Shown: piece after piece, positions 1-10,000 of the stretch
Layout of the letters: each line of letters begins with the position of its first letter
Position numbering within the stretch: position 1 is the stretch's first letter
Origin: Candidatus Omnitrophota bacterium
GTDB taxonomy: Bacteria > Omnitrophota > Gorgyraeia > B26-G9
DNA: 35,983 nt
Assembly (NCBI GenBank): GCA_023136735.1
Contig: JAGLQQ010000056.1
Coordinates: 1 to 35,983 of the forward strand
Direction of reading: 5' to 3'
The notes under the pieces: model-generated
What the model was told of the DNA's origin: nothing
Databases searched by the model: none
What the model saw: only the letters and a program-made list of their open reading frames with translations
Program-made: the position numbers and the translations under genes

Positions 1-2
1 TC

Positions 3-2198
3 TTTATCGGGTTGTTTTTAGTCAGCGTATTGCAGCCGAACATTCTTTACGCGCAAAATTATTCCGCGCAGCGGTATCTTGGATATACCGAAGAAGAAAA
101 TGAAGAAGAGATAGTAGAGGAACAAGAGGAGGAGGAAAAAGAAATTAAAGATACGGTTGTAAAGGGAAGTTATCGTCTTAATTTCGGTATTAAAGACGAT
201 GAATTTCAATGGAAAGATGCGAATTATCTCTTGCAGGAAGGTTCCTGGAGATATTTTTTTGGAGAGCAGAGACACAATACATATGATGCGGCTATTTACA
301 ATAATTTTAAGCTTTCCGTTGATGCTCATTTAAACGAAAATCTATCTTTTTATACAAAGATTGTTGTTGATCCGTGGTCTTTTGTCGGCAAATCAAAAAC
401 AACTACAATTCCGAGCTGGTATGGACCGAGTAGCACTGATGATCCGGTTGAAATACAGCTAAAGTATTGGTCGAATTCAGGAAGAATTTACCCTCAAATC
501 GTGCGCTCAGCAGAAGGGGATTCATTTGCTTTGCCTGAGACAAAAGTTAAAGATGGTTATAGTCAGCCGGTTAGTGCGTCTACTGAATGGGGTGGCCCCG
601 GATTTTACCACAGGATTGATTTGCCAAGTTTGAAAATAGACCGTGAATTTAAGCCGATGAGAGCTTTATGGTTTGACCTTAAAGAAGATGAATACCGCGC
701 TATAGTTTTTTTGTATGCTGAGGAAACTATTTCTATGTGGACTGATGATCCGCTTTTTCTTGTAAATAATCATATTGTGTGGGAGCCGAGTCCATGGCTG
801 AATATGTACCAGCCTGGGAAGCTCTATAATTCAACAGGATGGGAAAACGGAACCTGGACACTAGACAGCCAGTTGCGAGACAGTGAAAGTAACTGGCTTA
901 CCTTGCTGCGCGCGTTTAGATTTGAGGGAGAAATTGCCTCAATATATACTGATTTTATGATTGCCGCTCCTATGGATCCGTGGGATGATTATGATAAAAT
1001 TAATAATATTCCGTTGGCTGTGCGGTTTAAAAAGGGAATAACAGATTGGCTGATGCTTGGCTCAATATATACAGCGCGATGGGGATATGACATGGATTCA
1101 TCTGATGCTTTTGATCAGGCTATGGGCATTGACAGTCTAGTTGCAATAAATGAATATCATAATTTAAAAATGGAGTATGCTTATTCATTGACTAAACGTA
1201 ATCTTAACGAGGAGATTAGGGAAACAGCAGAAGATGATTCAGCATATAAGATAGTTGTAGAGAGTGATGTTAATCCTTTTGACCTTGAAATAAAATCAGA
1301 CCTTAGCTTTTCACGTATGTGCAGGGAATTTCAAGCGCCTTTGTCCAACTATACATATACGCGTGATGATCTGGGATGGGGAAGACATTTATCATTTTAT
1401 AAACGAAGTAAAGAAGAGGAAATGTATCGCATCGGCAATGGCCTTGATAAAGACAGACAAGTTATTGCCTGGGGTGTTTTCTTCGGAGGATACGATGAAG
1501 TCGATGCTTATTTTAACTATCGCAATGTTAGAAATGCTACAGACAATGGCCTGATAGAAAATGTTTTTCGTAATGAGTTTTCTTACCAATATAGCGATGA
1601 TTTGTTTTATAAATTCTTAGCTCTATATCACCAAAGGGATGAGACAACTGATAATAAAAGCCAGGATACCTCAACGGTATCTGTGGGCTTTCAGTATGAT
1701 TTTTGCCAGTGGATAAGGTTGGAAGAAATTTGGGAAAGAACTAACCAGTATCCGGATTATCCTGATAGAATCTATGACTGGCTGACGATTAATCCGGCAC
1801 CGCCTTATCCGTATTATTACATTTTGTCATCGCGTTTAATAGTTGCTCCTCGAGAATGGGTAGAGATATCTTTAGAAAATACATACAATGAATTTGAGCA
1901 TGCTACAACTCTCGATGATTTTATGAATTATTCAGGGACGACGATCCGTTTTTGGCCTAACCATAGGTTGTCTGCTAATGTAGTCTACCGCTATAGTAAT
2001 GTTGCTGATTATATTAGAAATTATAAGAAAATAGGGCATCATAATGTATATTTTGATTTTACTTACGATATATTCGATGATGCCAGGCTTAAGTTGCAAT
2101 TCAGTGATCTTGGTACTTATGTAGAGGGCATTGGTTGGCAATCATCTGTATTAGATACCCAGCATATTATCCGTCTGATTTACGAAGGAAAATTTTAA
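3..2198 (+). CDS. 5'-partial large secreted protein, putative outer-membrane beta-barrel (family not recognised)
   Basis: The frame is open to the window edge, with no in-frame stop from nt 3. TTG at 12 would leave only a signal-peptide h-region (..LFLVSVLQPNILYA/QN). There is an acidic low-complexity tract (EEENEEEIVEEQEEEEKE). The sequence is aromatic-rich and ends ..IRLIYEGKF; a terminal Phe is typical of BAM-dependent OMPs. The functional call is inference. Confidence 0.6.
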   Translation, partial: FIGLFLVSVLQPNILYAQNYSAQRYLGYTEEENEEEIVEEQEEEEKEIKDTVVKGSYRLNFGIKDDEFQWKDANYLLQEGSWRYFFGEQRHNTYDAAIYNNFKLSVDAHLNENLSFYTKIVVDPWSFVGKSKTTTIPSWYGPSSTDDPVEIQLKYWSNSGRIYPQIVRSAEGDSFALPETKVKDGYSQPVSASTEWGGPGFYHRIDLPSLKIDREFKPMRALWFDLKEDEYRAIVFLYAEETISMWTDDPLFLVNNHIVWEPSPWLNMYQPGKLYNSTGWENGTWTLDSQLRDSESNWLTLLRAFRFEGEIASIYTDFMIAAPMDPWDDYDKINNIPLAVRFKKGITDWLMLGSIYTARWGYDMDSSDAFDQAMGIDSLVAINEYHNLKMEYAYSLTKRNLNEEIRETAEDDSAYKIVVESDVNPFDLEIKSDLSFSRMCREFQAPLSNYTYTRDDLGWGRHLSFYKRSKEEEMYRIGNGLDKDRQVIAWGVFFGGYDEVDAYFNYRNVRNATDNGLIENVFRNEFSYQYSDDLFYKFLALYHQRDETTDNKSQDTSTVSVGFQYDFCQWIRLEEIWERTNQYPDYPDRIYDWLTINPAPPYPYYYILSSRLIVAPREWVEISLENTYNEFEHATTLDDFMNYSGTTIRFWPNHRLSANVVYRYSNVADYIRNYKKIGHHNVYFDFTYDIFDDARLKLQFSDLGTYVEGIGWQSSVLDTQHIIRLIYEGKF

Positions 2199-2890
2199 TG
2201 AAAAAACACTCCGGTGTAACGCTTATCGAACTTATAGTTGCGCTGGGTATCCTCGTGCTTATAGTTTCTATCCTTTATTCAGTTTTTAATGTGTCTCTTC
2301 GCGGCTGGCAAAAGGCTGATAATCTGCTGCAGGTTACTACGGTTGCCCGAGTTGCTCTTGATCAAATGTCTAAAGAGATAGCGAGTGCCAGAATAAAATC
2401 AGGCAGTAATTCCTATTATTGCCTAGGATTTGATAAGAGTGCCGGCAGCGGTTGGAGAACGGATAGTATTGGAGATGAGTTCTACTTTATCGCGCCTTTA
2501 AAACCCGGTAACATAGCCGGAGGATCTGATTTGTGTGAAGTCGGCTACTGGCTTGACGGCAATGGTACTGCGGATATAAGCGATGATTGCCTGAGGCGTT
2601 TTTATGCGACTGATACAAGAGATAATCCTGGATCACTATTTGATTTTGATTTTTCAACACCATCCGGAAAGTCCAATTCTGATGAGTTTGTATTTAATGT
2701 TACCAATCTTGAGTTTGATTATTTTGATGTAAATAATAATTTGTTTAATATTTGGGACTCGCGCGTTACTGGCAGTCCTCCTACCAAGATAAAAATTAGC
2801 ATTTCTGTTGCCTTTGGAAAGGGCACAGCATCAACTAATCCAGATTTTATTAGTAAAGAGTTCAGTACAGTTGTTTCGTTGCCTCAATAG
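2198..2890 (+). CDS. Prepilin-type N-terminal cleavage/methylation domain protein (type II secretion / type IV pilus minor pseudopilin-like)
   Basis: ATG at 2198 overlaps the upstream TAA (TAATG). The N-terminus MKKHSG/VTLIELIVALGILVLIVSILY matches the prepilin peptidase site (G|xTLIE plus a hydrophobic helix). The ORF-track start at 2135 adds 21 residues with no pilin leader logic. Confidence 0.8.
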   Translation: MKKHSGVTLIELIVALGILVLIVSILYSVFNVSLRGWQKADNLLQVTTVARVALDQMSKEIASARIKSGSNSYYCLGFDKSAGSGWRTDSIGDEFYFIAPLKPGNIAGGSDLCEVGYWLDGNGTADISDDCLRRFYATDTRDNPGSLFDFDFSTPSGKSNSDEFVFNVTNLEFDYFDVNNNLFNIWDSRVTGSPPTKIKISISVAFGKGTASTNPDFISKEFSTVVSLPQ

Positions 2891-3179
2891 GTTATATCTT
2901 CAGGCTTGCTATCCTAGCCATTAACCCTCTAACTCCTAAATAGAATTATAGCAGGGAAGCAAGAGGCAGCAATAGCAATCATTTAAAGGCAGAAGTATAA
3001 ACACTTAAAGGGTGAAAAAATCCGTAAATGCAATTCCCCCTATCTGTTTGATGAGCGAAGAAAAAGTGTTTTCTATCTAGGCGTTGGGGTACCCGAATTC
3101 CTCTCGACTTTTTTTTATTTAAGAGGTAAATCGAGACAACGTCCCGGTGAAATTGTACTTACTCCAGCCATAAAGATTG

Positions 3180-3218
3180 GCGGACAGGCATTCTCGGCAG
3201 CCGTTCATGGCTGTCCGC
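3180..3218. other. Stem-loop with alternative pairing (GCGGACAG / CGGCAGCC competing for GGCTGTCCGC)
   Basis: GCGGACAG (3180-3187) and CGGCAGCC (3195-3202) can each pair with GGCTGTCCGC (3209-3218). These pairings were read directly from the sequence. Function unknown. Confidence 0.3.
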
Positions 3219-3227
3219 GAGGTAAGC

Positions 3228-3259
3228 AGTCGATTTTTACACATCCTTGTAAATCGACT
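3228..3259. other. Strong hairpin: 12 bp with a 2-nt bulge and a 6-nt loop
   Basis: AGTCGATTT(TT)ACA catcct TGTAAATCGACT. There is no flanking U-tract on either strand, so it is not a canonical terminator. Confidence 0.35.
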
Positions 3260-3420
3260 AATTAAAATCCGCAAACAAATACAATTTTCTCTATCCCCTA
3301 AAAGGGGTTACTCAAAAGCAGTACTTCACGGAAAAACATGCTCCCGTGTTCCTAATGCTCATTTAACAGTCAGTTTTGCCTTTTTATGAAATGCAGCTTT
3401 GCTTTTTGACGTTTATCTAT

Positions 3421-3464
3421 ATAAAATAAACGGTTCTTTCGTTCAATTTAAATAAGAAAGAACC
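3421..3464 (-). terminator. Intrinsic-terminator-like hairpin (minus-strand orientation), related to the inverted repeats at 28090/28388
   Basis: GGTTCTTTC (3432-3440) pairs with GAAAGAACC (3456-3464) around a 15-nt loop. Read on the minus strand, the stem is followed by GTTTATTTTAT. No minus-strand gene is evident upstream of it, so its role is uncertain. Confidence 0.4.
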
Positions 3465-3611
3465 AAAAAATGTGTATAGTTACATAATTCTTTGATCTTT
3501 TTTTAATTATTCTAACATCTTTGTTTGTAATGAGTTATGTTTGAATGTCGTGCTGGTCAAAAGGCAAGGCTTTTATCTTCTTTTTAAAAGAGCAGATATT
3601 AAGCGATTTGA

Positions 3612-3640
3612 TTGACAAGAAGAGCCTTTTTTGCTATATT
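3612..3640 (+). promoter_or_regulatory. Near-consensus sigma70-type promoter for the glycan operon
   Basis: TTGACA (3612-3617), a 17-nt spacer, then TATATT (3635-3640) preceded by TGc (extended -10-like). It lies about 230 nt upstream of the 3874 start. Confidence 0.5.
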
Positions 3641-3873
3641 ATTTTTAAATCAAAATAATCTAACTATTTATATTTTCAATGTATTGCGTGAAATTTTATA
3701 TTTTTCAATAATGCTTTATTTATATGAAAAATTCGATAAAAAAGAGAGCTATTCTAGTTATATTCGCGGTACTCCCAAGTGCCAATATCTATGGTAGCCC
3801 ATCCTGAATATATTGACCCAGATGTAATCAGAAAAACTAAACAAAATTGTCTAATTTGTAAGGGTTCAAGAAA

Positions 3874-4887
3874 ATGTATAGAGTTATATTTACAGTTTTG
3901 GCTGGTGCTTTCACAGTATGTTTCTGTTTATTGCCTGTTTTGGAGAAGCTGGCTCAAGAAAATGGGCTGCTAACACATCAATATCCTGATAAAATTGACA
4001 AAAGAAGGGTTCCCTATATCGGCGGGATTGGCATGTTTGCAGTCTTTATTCTAGTTTTCATGCTTTCTGTTCGGATTTTTCCTTTGACTATAAGTAAAGG
4101 GCAAGTCTCATTTTACTTATTTTGCTCAGGCCTTATTGTGTTTTTCGGATTTTACGATGACTTAAAGGAGCTTAAGCCGGCAGAAAAACTTATCGGACAA
4201 AGTATTGCAGCTTTTATTTTTGTAATATTTGCAATGCGCACCCAAATTATTTATTTTAATGATTCCTTTAATATTGTCTTAAGCGTATTCTGGATAGTTT
4301 TACTTGCAAATGCTTTTAACCTGCTTGATATCCTTGATGGTTTAGCAGGGGCGATATCAATAATTAATATTTTTACATTTTTTTTGTTTGCAATCCTTAC
4401 TAATAATCATTTTGTTTTAATCTGCTCTGCTTGTTTGCTTGGCGTTCTCTTTGCATTTTTACGCTATAACCTGCCGCCGGCACGTATTTTTATGGGGGAT
4501 GCGGGAAGTCAGTTTTTAGGATTTTCACAGGCAGTTATGGCAATTTCGCTCAGTTTAGCTCCAAGCGGCAAGGAGATAGGATTAATTATACCGCTGGTAA
4601 TTTTAGCTATACCTCTTTTTGACTTCCTTTTTGTTATATTAATGCGAATGAAACAAGGAAAGTCTATTTTTTTAAAAAGCAATGATCATTTTGTATTTAA
4701 AATGCTGGAATTTGGGATAGCACCGCAAACTATAATACGCCTGATGATAATTCTTTCTGTGATTACAAACGCCTGTGCATTTACAGTCTATCTTGTTTCA
4801 AATGCTATTGGATCGATTGTTTTTATATTGGTACTAACTGCTTTAATCGCATTTGGGTTTAAGTTAAGTCGAATGGAAATCAGTTGA
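3874..4887 (+). CDS. Polyprenyl-phosphate sugar-1-phosphate transferase, MraY/WecA/TagO family (Glycos_transf_4), initiating enzyme
   Basis: Multi-TM protein with the family motifs FFGFYDDLKEL, NAFNLLDILDGLAG (NxxNxxDGxDGLA) and FMGDAGSQFLGF. AAGGG lies 9 nt upstream of the ATG. Confidence 0.85.
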   Translation: MYRVIFTVLAGAFTVCFCLLPVLEKLAQENGLLTHQYPDKIDKRRVPYIGGIGMFAVFILVFMLSVRIFPLTISKGQVSFYLFCSGLIVFFGFYDDLKELKPAEKLIGQSIAAFIFVIFAMRTQIIYFNDSFNIVLSVFWIVLLANAFNLLDILDGLAGAISIINIFTFFLFAILTNNHFVLICSACLLGVLFAFLRYNLPPARIFMGDAGSQFLGFSQAVMAISLSLAPSGKEIGLIIPLVILAIPLFDFLFVILMRMKQGKSIFLKSNDHFVFKMLEFGIAPQTIIRLMIILSVITNACAFTVYLVSNAIGSIVFILVLTALIAFGFKLSRMEIS

Positions 4888-6179
4888 TGAACAAAAAAAT
4901 TGTGATATTAGGGGCAGGCCTTTCAGGATTAAGTATCGCTTACCACCTGCAAAATGGATGCTGTGTCTATGAGCAGGAAGGTGAAGTTGGGGGACTTGCT
5001 CGAACTGATGAAATTGACGGGTTTACTTTTGATTATGATGGTCACTTGCTGCATTTTAAAACTGATTATGTGAAAAAGCTTATCAAAAAGCTGCTTCCCG
5101 GATTATTTGTACCTCACAATCGCAATTCTTGGGTTTTTTCGCATAATGTATTCACTAAATATCCTTTTCAGGCAAATACTTATGGTTTGCCGTCTGGGGT
5201 AGTAAAGAAATGTATTTTAGGCATGTTTGATACAGTATCAAAAAAGAAGCCTCCTAAGGAAGTTAATCTGGCGCAATGGATGCAGCATCATTTCGGTGAA
5301 GGGATTACAAAGCATTTTATGTATCCTTATAATCACAAGTTTTGGACACTTGCACCTGAAGAGCTTATTTCTGACTGGACGCAAGGTTTTGTACCGCATG
5401 TTAAATTAAAGACAGTTCTCGATGGGGCGTTTAGCCTGAAAACAAAATCTCTGGGATATAATAGCGAGTTTTGGTATCCGAAAGTGGGCGGAATTGATCA
5501 GATAGCAAAAATTTTGGCTAAAAATATAAATAATATTAAAACTAACTATAAGATGACTGGTCTTGAGTTAGAAAATAAAAAGGTTTTTTTTGAAAATGGA
5601 GAAAGTGCAAAATTCACAGATTTGGTTTTAACTACTCCTCTTAAAGCACTGCAAAAACTTATAAGAGATACTCTTCCTAAAGAGGTAAAGCAGGCTTTTT
5701 TCAGCCTTAAATATGTTTCTATTTTTAATCTTAATCTGGGTGTTCAAAGAGAGAATATAAGTGATAAACATTGGATATATTTTCCCGAGGATAAGTTTTG
5801 TTTCTTCCGGGTAGGCTTTCCGACTAATTTTTCAAAAAATGTCGCGCCTAGGGGGACGAGCTCTCTGTATGTGGAAGTGTCGTATTCAGAGTTTAAGCAA
5901 GTAGATAAAAGAAAAATTGTCTCATTAATTGAAACTGATTTGGTCAAATCAGGCATATTAAATCCTGAGGATGATATTCTGATGAGACATATAAATGACA
6001 TAAAGTATGGCTATGTGATTTATGATAAGCAGTATAAACATAATATAAAGATAATTAATGATTATTTATTGAAGAATAATATTTATAGCGCCGGGAGATT
6101 TGGAAGATGGAAATATATGTCCATGGAGGATGTTATCCTTGATGGCAAACTAATAAGTGATTTGGTAAAGAAAAAATGA
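4887..6179 (+). CDS. FAD/NAD(P)-binding oxidoreductase, UDP-galactopyranose-mutase-like / amine-oxidase superfamily
   Basis: N-terminal Rossmann motif KIVILGAGLSGLSIAY..E.EGEVGG. The C-terminal GRFGRWKYMSMEDVILDG resembles the Glf-type C-terminus. I prefer ATG at 4887 (TGATG overlap) over TTG at 4884. Confidence 0.6.
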   Translation: MNKKIVILGAGLSGLSIAYHLQNGCCVYEQEGEVGGLARTDEIDGFTFDYDGHLLHFKTDYVKKLIKKLLPGLFVPHNRNSWVFSHNVFTKYPFQANTYGLPSGVVKKCILGMFDTVSKKKPPKEVNLAQWMQHHFGEGITKHFMYPYNHKFWTLAPEELISDWTQGFVPHVKLKTVLDGAFSLKTKSLGYNSEFWYPKVGGIDQIAKILAKNINNIKTNYKMTGLELENKKVFFENGESAKFTDLVLTTPLKALQKLIRDTLPKEVKQAFFSLKYVSIFNLNLGVQRENISDKHWIYFPEDKFCFFRVGFPTNFSKNVAPRGTSSLYVEVSYSEFKQVDKRKIVSLIETDLVKSGILNPEDDILMRHINDIKYGYVIYDKQYKHNIKIINDYLLKNNIYSAGRFGRWKYMSMEDVILDGKLISDLVKKK

Positions 6180-6955
6180 AAAATAATTATTTTGTACAAA
6201 TCTATCGTTATAAAGAACTGGTTAGTGCACTGGCTGATAAGGAAGTAAAGATAAAATACAAATCTGCTGTCTTGGGACATCTGTGGGCATTACTTAATCC
6301 ACTGCTTTTGATGCTGGTTTTTTCGTTTGTTTTCAGTGTCATCATGCGGGTTCAGATAAATAATTTTCCGGTTTTTTTGCTCTGTGCTTTATTACCCTGG
6401 TTTTATTTGAGCTTTTCGCTGAACGCTGCGACAACATCGATCGTTGATAACGCGAGTTTGATAAAAAAAGCCTATTTCCCTTATGAAGTTATACCGCTTT
6501 CTATTGTGATAGCTAATCTTTTTAACTTTTTGATATCACTGGTCTTGCTTTTTGCTTTTTTACTCTATTATTCAATTTATCCGAGCTGGTCATGGTTATA
6601 TTTACCAGTGATTGTTGTGCTTCAGAGTGTATTCATCCTAGGGCTTTGTTTATTGAGCTCTGCAATGCATGCGATGTACAGGGATGTGAAATATATAGTG
6701 GAACTGATATTGCTGGTTTGGTTCTACGCGACACCGATATTTTATCCGCTTTCGTTTGTACCTGATAATATTAGGCAATTTTTTCTTTTAAACCCGCTAA
6801 CTGTTTTCGTTAACCTTTATCGGCAGATTCTGCTGCAAGGGACAATGCCGGAACTAGGTTTATTGTTTCTGGCTTTTGTCTTAAGCCTGGCTTTTTATGG
6901 TGTAGGCATGGTAGTTTTTAACTCAAATAAGAAGAGCTTTGCGGATGTAACTTAA
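6176..6955 (+). CDS. wzm: ABC-2 type polysaccharide export permease (Wzm/TagG family)
   Basis: The N-terminus YRYKELVSALADKEVKIKYKSAVLGHLWALLNPLL is typical of Wzm/TagG. About 6 TM segments. ATGA overlap with the upstream gene, directly upstream of the matching ATPase. Confidence 0.85.
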   Translation: MKNNYFVQIYRYKELVSALADKEVKIKYKSAVLGHLWALLNPLLLMLVFSFVFSVIMRVQINNFPVFLLCALLPWFYLSFSLNAATTSIVDNASLIKKAYFPYEVIPLSIVIANLFNFLISLVLLFAFLLYYSIYPSWSWLYLPVIVVLQSVFILGLCLLSSAMHAMYRDVKYIVELILLVWFYATPIFYPLSFVPDNIRQFFLLNPLTVFVNLYRQILLQGTMPELGLLFLAFVLSLAFYGVGMVVFNSNKKSFADVT

Positions 6956-6957
6956 AA

Positions 6958-7000
6958 GCAGCGATTAGAATATAGCGTTTAGCGGTTAGAAAAGTAAAAA
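6958..7000. repeat. Heptad-periodic stop-rich spacer (TAG x4 at exact 7-nt spacing)
   Basis: TAG occurs at 6966, 6973, 6980 and 6987 (atTAGaa/taTAGcg/ttTAGcg/gtTAGaa), followed by TAA at 6995. A 7-nt period places stops in all three frames. Confidence 0.6.
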
Positions 7001-7086
7001 AAATATAAAATGAATGCAGCATTTAGTGAAAATTTTAGAGAAAAAACGAAAAATCCAATACGTAATACTAAACAAAAGGTAACTGG

Positions 7087-10000
7087 ATGTCTGAAATAGT
7101 AGTAAGTTTGAAAAATATAAATAAACAATATTGGTTGAGCTTTGCTAAGCAATCTTTGATAGGCAATTTCCTTTCAATGTTTAGATTTGGTAAAGGCATG
7201 GCGGCTAAAAGACATGTCTGTGCTTTAGAGGGTATAGCACTAAATATAAAAAGAGGAGAGGCCGTTGGAATTATCGGGGAGAATGCCTCTGGTAAGACAA
7301 CGATACTGCGCATAATTAGCAGGATAACTGTACCGACTACGGGGGAATTGGAAGTAAACGGCAAGGTAGCGGGCCTTCTTGATTTAGGGGCTGGCTTTCA
7401 TTCTGAATTGACAGGAAGAGAGAATATTTATCTGGATGCAGCTTTGTATGGCATGAGCCGAAAAGAAATAGATGGGGCTTATGAAAAAATAGTTGAATTT
7501 TCCGGATTAGGGGATTTTATAAACGCGCAGGTTAAGACATATTCTCAAGGTATGCTTGTTCGACTAGGCTTTGCTATAGCCATACACGTTGATCCTGATA
7601 TATTCCTTATTGATGACAGCTTAGCTGTCGGAGATGAAGAATTTCAGCGTAAATGTCTTAAGAAGGTTTTTGAATTAAAAGAACAAGGGAAAACTATTAT
7701 TGTTGTATCCCATGACCTCGATTCCATAAGCAGGATTTGCGAAAGAGGGATTTTGCTTAAATCAGGCAGGATTGTTAAAGATGATTCTATTCATAAAGTA
7801 ATTATGCGTTATATAGAGGCAGTGGGAGATAAAAATTCTATTGCTTCAATTGACAAAGGAAGAATCAGTGTTATTTTTAACAGCGGTAAAATCATTCTTT
7901 TATGGGACGGCAAGCCAATAACAAAGAATTTTGGAGGATATGCTAGCTTACAGTTTCTTGATAAATGGATAATGTCTTGGCAGGGGAAATGGCAGGTTGT
8001 GGAAAATACAGATTATTCCTTGAAAGTTCAAGGACTATTCGATAAATATGGAGTAAAATTGGAACTGGCTTGTTTTCTTCAGGGCGAAAGGCTGATGAAT
8101 TTTAATCTTAAGCTGGAGGTTCCCACACAAACGAGTCTGAAAAAAGCTGGTTTTGGGTTTATGGTAAGTGAAGAATATAACCGCTATTTAAATGGACAAA
8201 ACATTGAACCCATACAAGCTATTGATAAGTCGGCAAAAGAATGGACGGATATTTACCGCACTGACGAATATAATGCGCCGATTATGCTTATCAGCCGGGA
8301 TAGTATGCCTGTATTGAATATAAGGTTTGCTAGCCATGAATGGGCTGGATTCAGTCTAATTCAAAATACGGCAGAAGAATTGAATGCGCGTATTATGCAG
8401 ACTCAAATAAGCCCGCCTCAAGCATTTGCTTTATCAGGTGAAGAGAGTTCTATTGTAGAAAGCAGCTGTAGGCTTGAGCTTATGAGTGAAGAGGATTTTA
8501 AGGGCCTTATACACAAAAGAATAGAAGAAAGCACGATAGCATCCGGCAGGCTTAAAGTGCAATTAAAAGACAACGGTATCCAAATTTTCTTTGATGAAAC
8601 TGAGCTGACAAAGAGTAATGGATTGAGTCTTGGTTTTTATCATAAAAGCAGGTTTTTTGATCTGTTTGCAGGTCTTTGGAGTTTGACTAAAAATGCTTCA
8701 GAAACACTTAGTATATGCTCCAGTTTTCAGGAAATGGGGTTAAAGGCTGAATGTTTGTTGCAATTGGCTGAGGATAGCCTAAGGTGGAATATAGATATTA
8801 AAAGTGAGAAATCAATTGAAGATCACAGGCTTATCACAGGTCTTTATTTAAGCGAAAAATACAGAAAATATTTTACCGGAGTTCACGACTATGAGTTTCC
8901 TGCTTCAGGAGAGCATGTTGAAAAGATTGATTTATTAGCAGGAGAAACGGACTTTATAGGTTTAATGGCAGGAAACGATGAATTGCCTTCACTGGTCTTC
9001 GAATCTCTGCAGCCAGGCATGTTAGAGCTGCAAAACTCAGGGATTGATTCCCCGGGACGCATTTTAATGCAGGAGGTAGTTGACAGGAGTACAAACGGAC
9101 GGATCGTATTCCTTGAGACCCCGGAGCAAAAGAGTGGATTTTTAATCGATAAAAAGAAAAAACATGCTAAGAGTACGGGTTTAAGCAATGATCAGCTTAG
9201 GCTTGAGTTTAATGAAAATAATATTAATATTTACAGTGGAGAAAGTAAAATAACTGGAGGAGAGGGTTTTAGCAGCGGGGTTTACTTTAATGGTCGGTGG
9301 TATGAATCAACTCAGCTTAAAAAACAGATACGCAAAGAAGGAGATACTCTTAAGGTCTTGATTGAAAGACGCTTGCCGCGTTTAAGTGAATTGTGGGAGA
9401 TATCATTGAAAGCTAAGAAAATTCAGTGGATAACGAAAATTCAATCTGAGGAAAAATTGAGCGATGTGCATTATAAGGCCGGCATTGTTTTAAATTCAGA
9501 GTATGGACAATGGGCTCATTCTTTTAGTGAAGGGCAGTTTGATGAACAAACAAGAAATAGCCGGGTTGTTGATTTAGATGACGTGAACAATGCCTTGCTT
9601 GGTGCCAGATCTGAGGATTGTTCCCTGCCTGCAGTATTCTTTAAGAGAATTAACAGTATTACTTCAGGGGTTATTATTCAGAAAGAAGAAGATAAGTGCT
9701 GTTTGCACTTCAAATTAAAAAATGCGGCAGTGATAAACGGTAAGGGCAGGGAAAAACTGTTTTCTGGGACGATAAGTTTGCAGGATGAAAGATGCTGGAG
9801 GAATGATCTGTCAAATCACCGCAAAGAGGAGTTTTCTCTGCAGACAAGTGATGGGCTTCAATTGTTTGCTGCGAATAAGCAGATAAAACTGCAAGCTCAA
9901 GGCATAGAGCTTACACAGGCAAAGGGATTGGCAGTCGCGCTGCTGTGTGAAGATGAAGATATAGATACTAATTTTGCATTATGGACATTGAAGAAGAACA

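Noticed and set aside
3044-3065. CTGTTTGATGAGCGAAGAAAAA, which resembles a hammerhead ribozyme core (CUGAUGA...GAAA).
   Set aside because: The CUGAUGA box is interrupted, stem II would be about 1-2 bp, and I found no matching stems I or III or a cleavage-site context.
3088-3105. Minus-strand GAGAGGAATTCGGGTACC, which is reminiscent of the RNase P RNA P4 strand (GAGGAAAGUCCGGGC). AGGGTGAAAAAATCCGTAA lies nearby on the + strand.
   Set aside because: The two motifs are on opposite strands and in the wrong order and spacing. None of the other conserved RNase P regions could be found.
3179-3187. GGCGGACAG, which resembles the ops/JUMPstart core (GGCGGTAG) found in leaders of polysaccharide operons.
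   Set aside because: It mismatches conserved positions and lies upstream of the predicted promoter rather than in the transcribed leader. RfaH-type ops elements are mainly a proteobacterial feature.
3177-3389. 70-aa + strand ORF in the long spacer (MADRHSRQPFMAVREV...).
   Set aside because: It has no SD and a non-ATG-context start, and its sequence is explained by the hairpin arms it crosses. It has no family resemblance. I treat it as noncoding.
3724-3807. 27-codon mini-ORF, MKNSIKKRAILVIFAVLPSANIYGSPS*, which resembles a signal peptide. It lies in the 5' leader of the operon.
   Set aside because: It has no SD and terminates right after the signal-like segment. It could be a relic of a lost gene or a leader peptide, but the sequence gives no support for translation.
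3612-3973. Two small + strand ORFs (3612-3797 and 3779-3973) upstream of and overlapping the WecA-like gene start.
   Set aside because: The first begins inside the predicted -35 element. Neither has an SD. The second overlaps the well-supported 3874 start out of frame.
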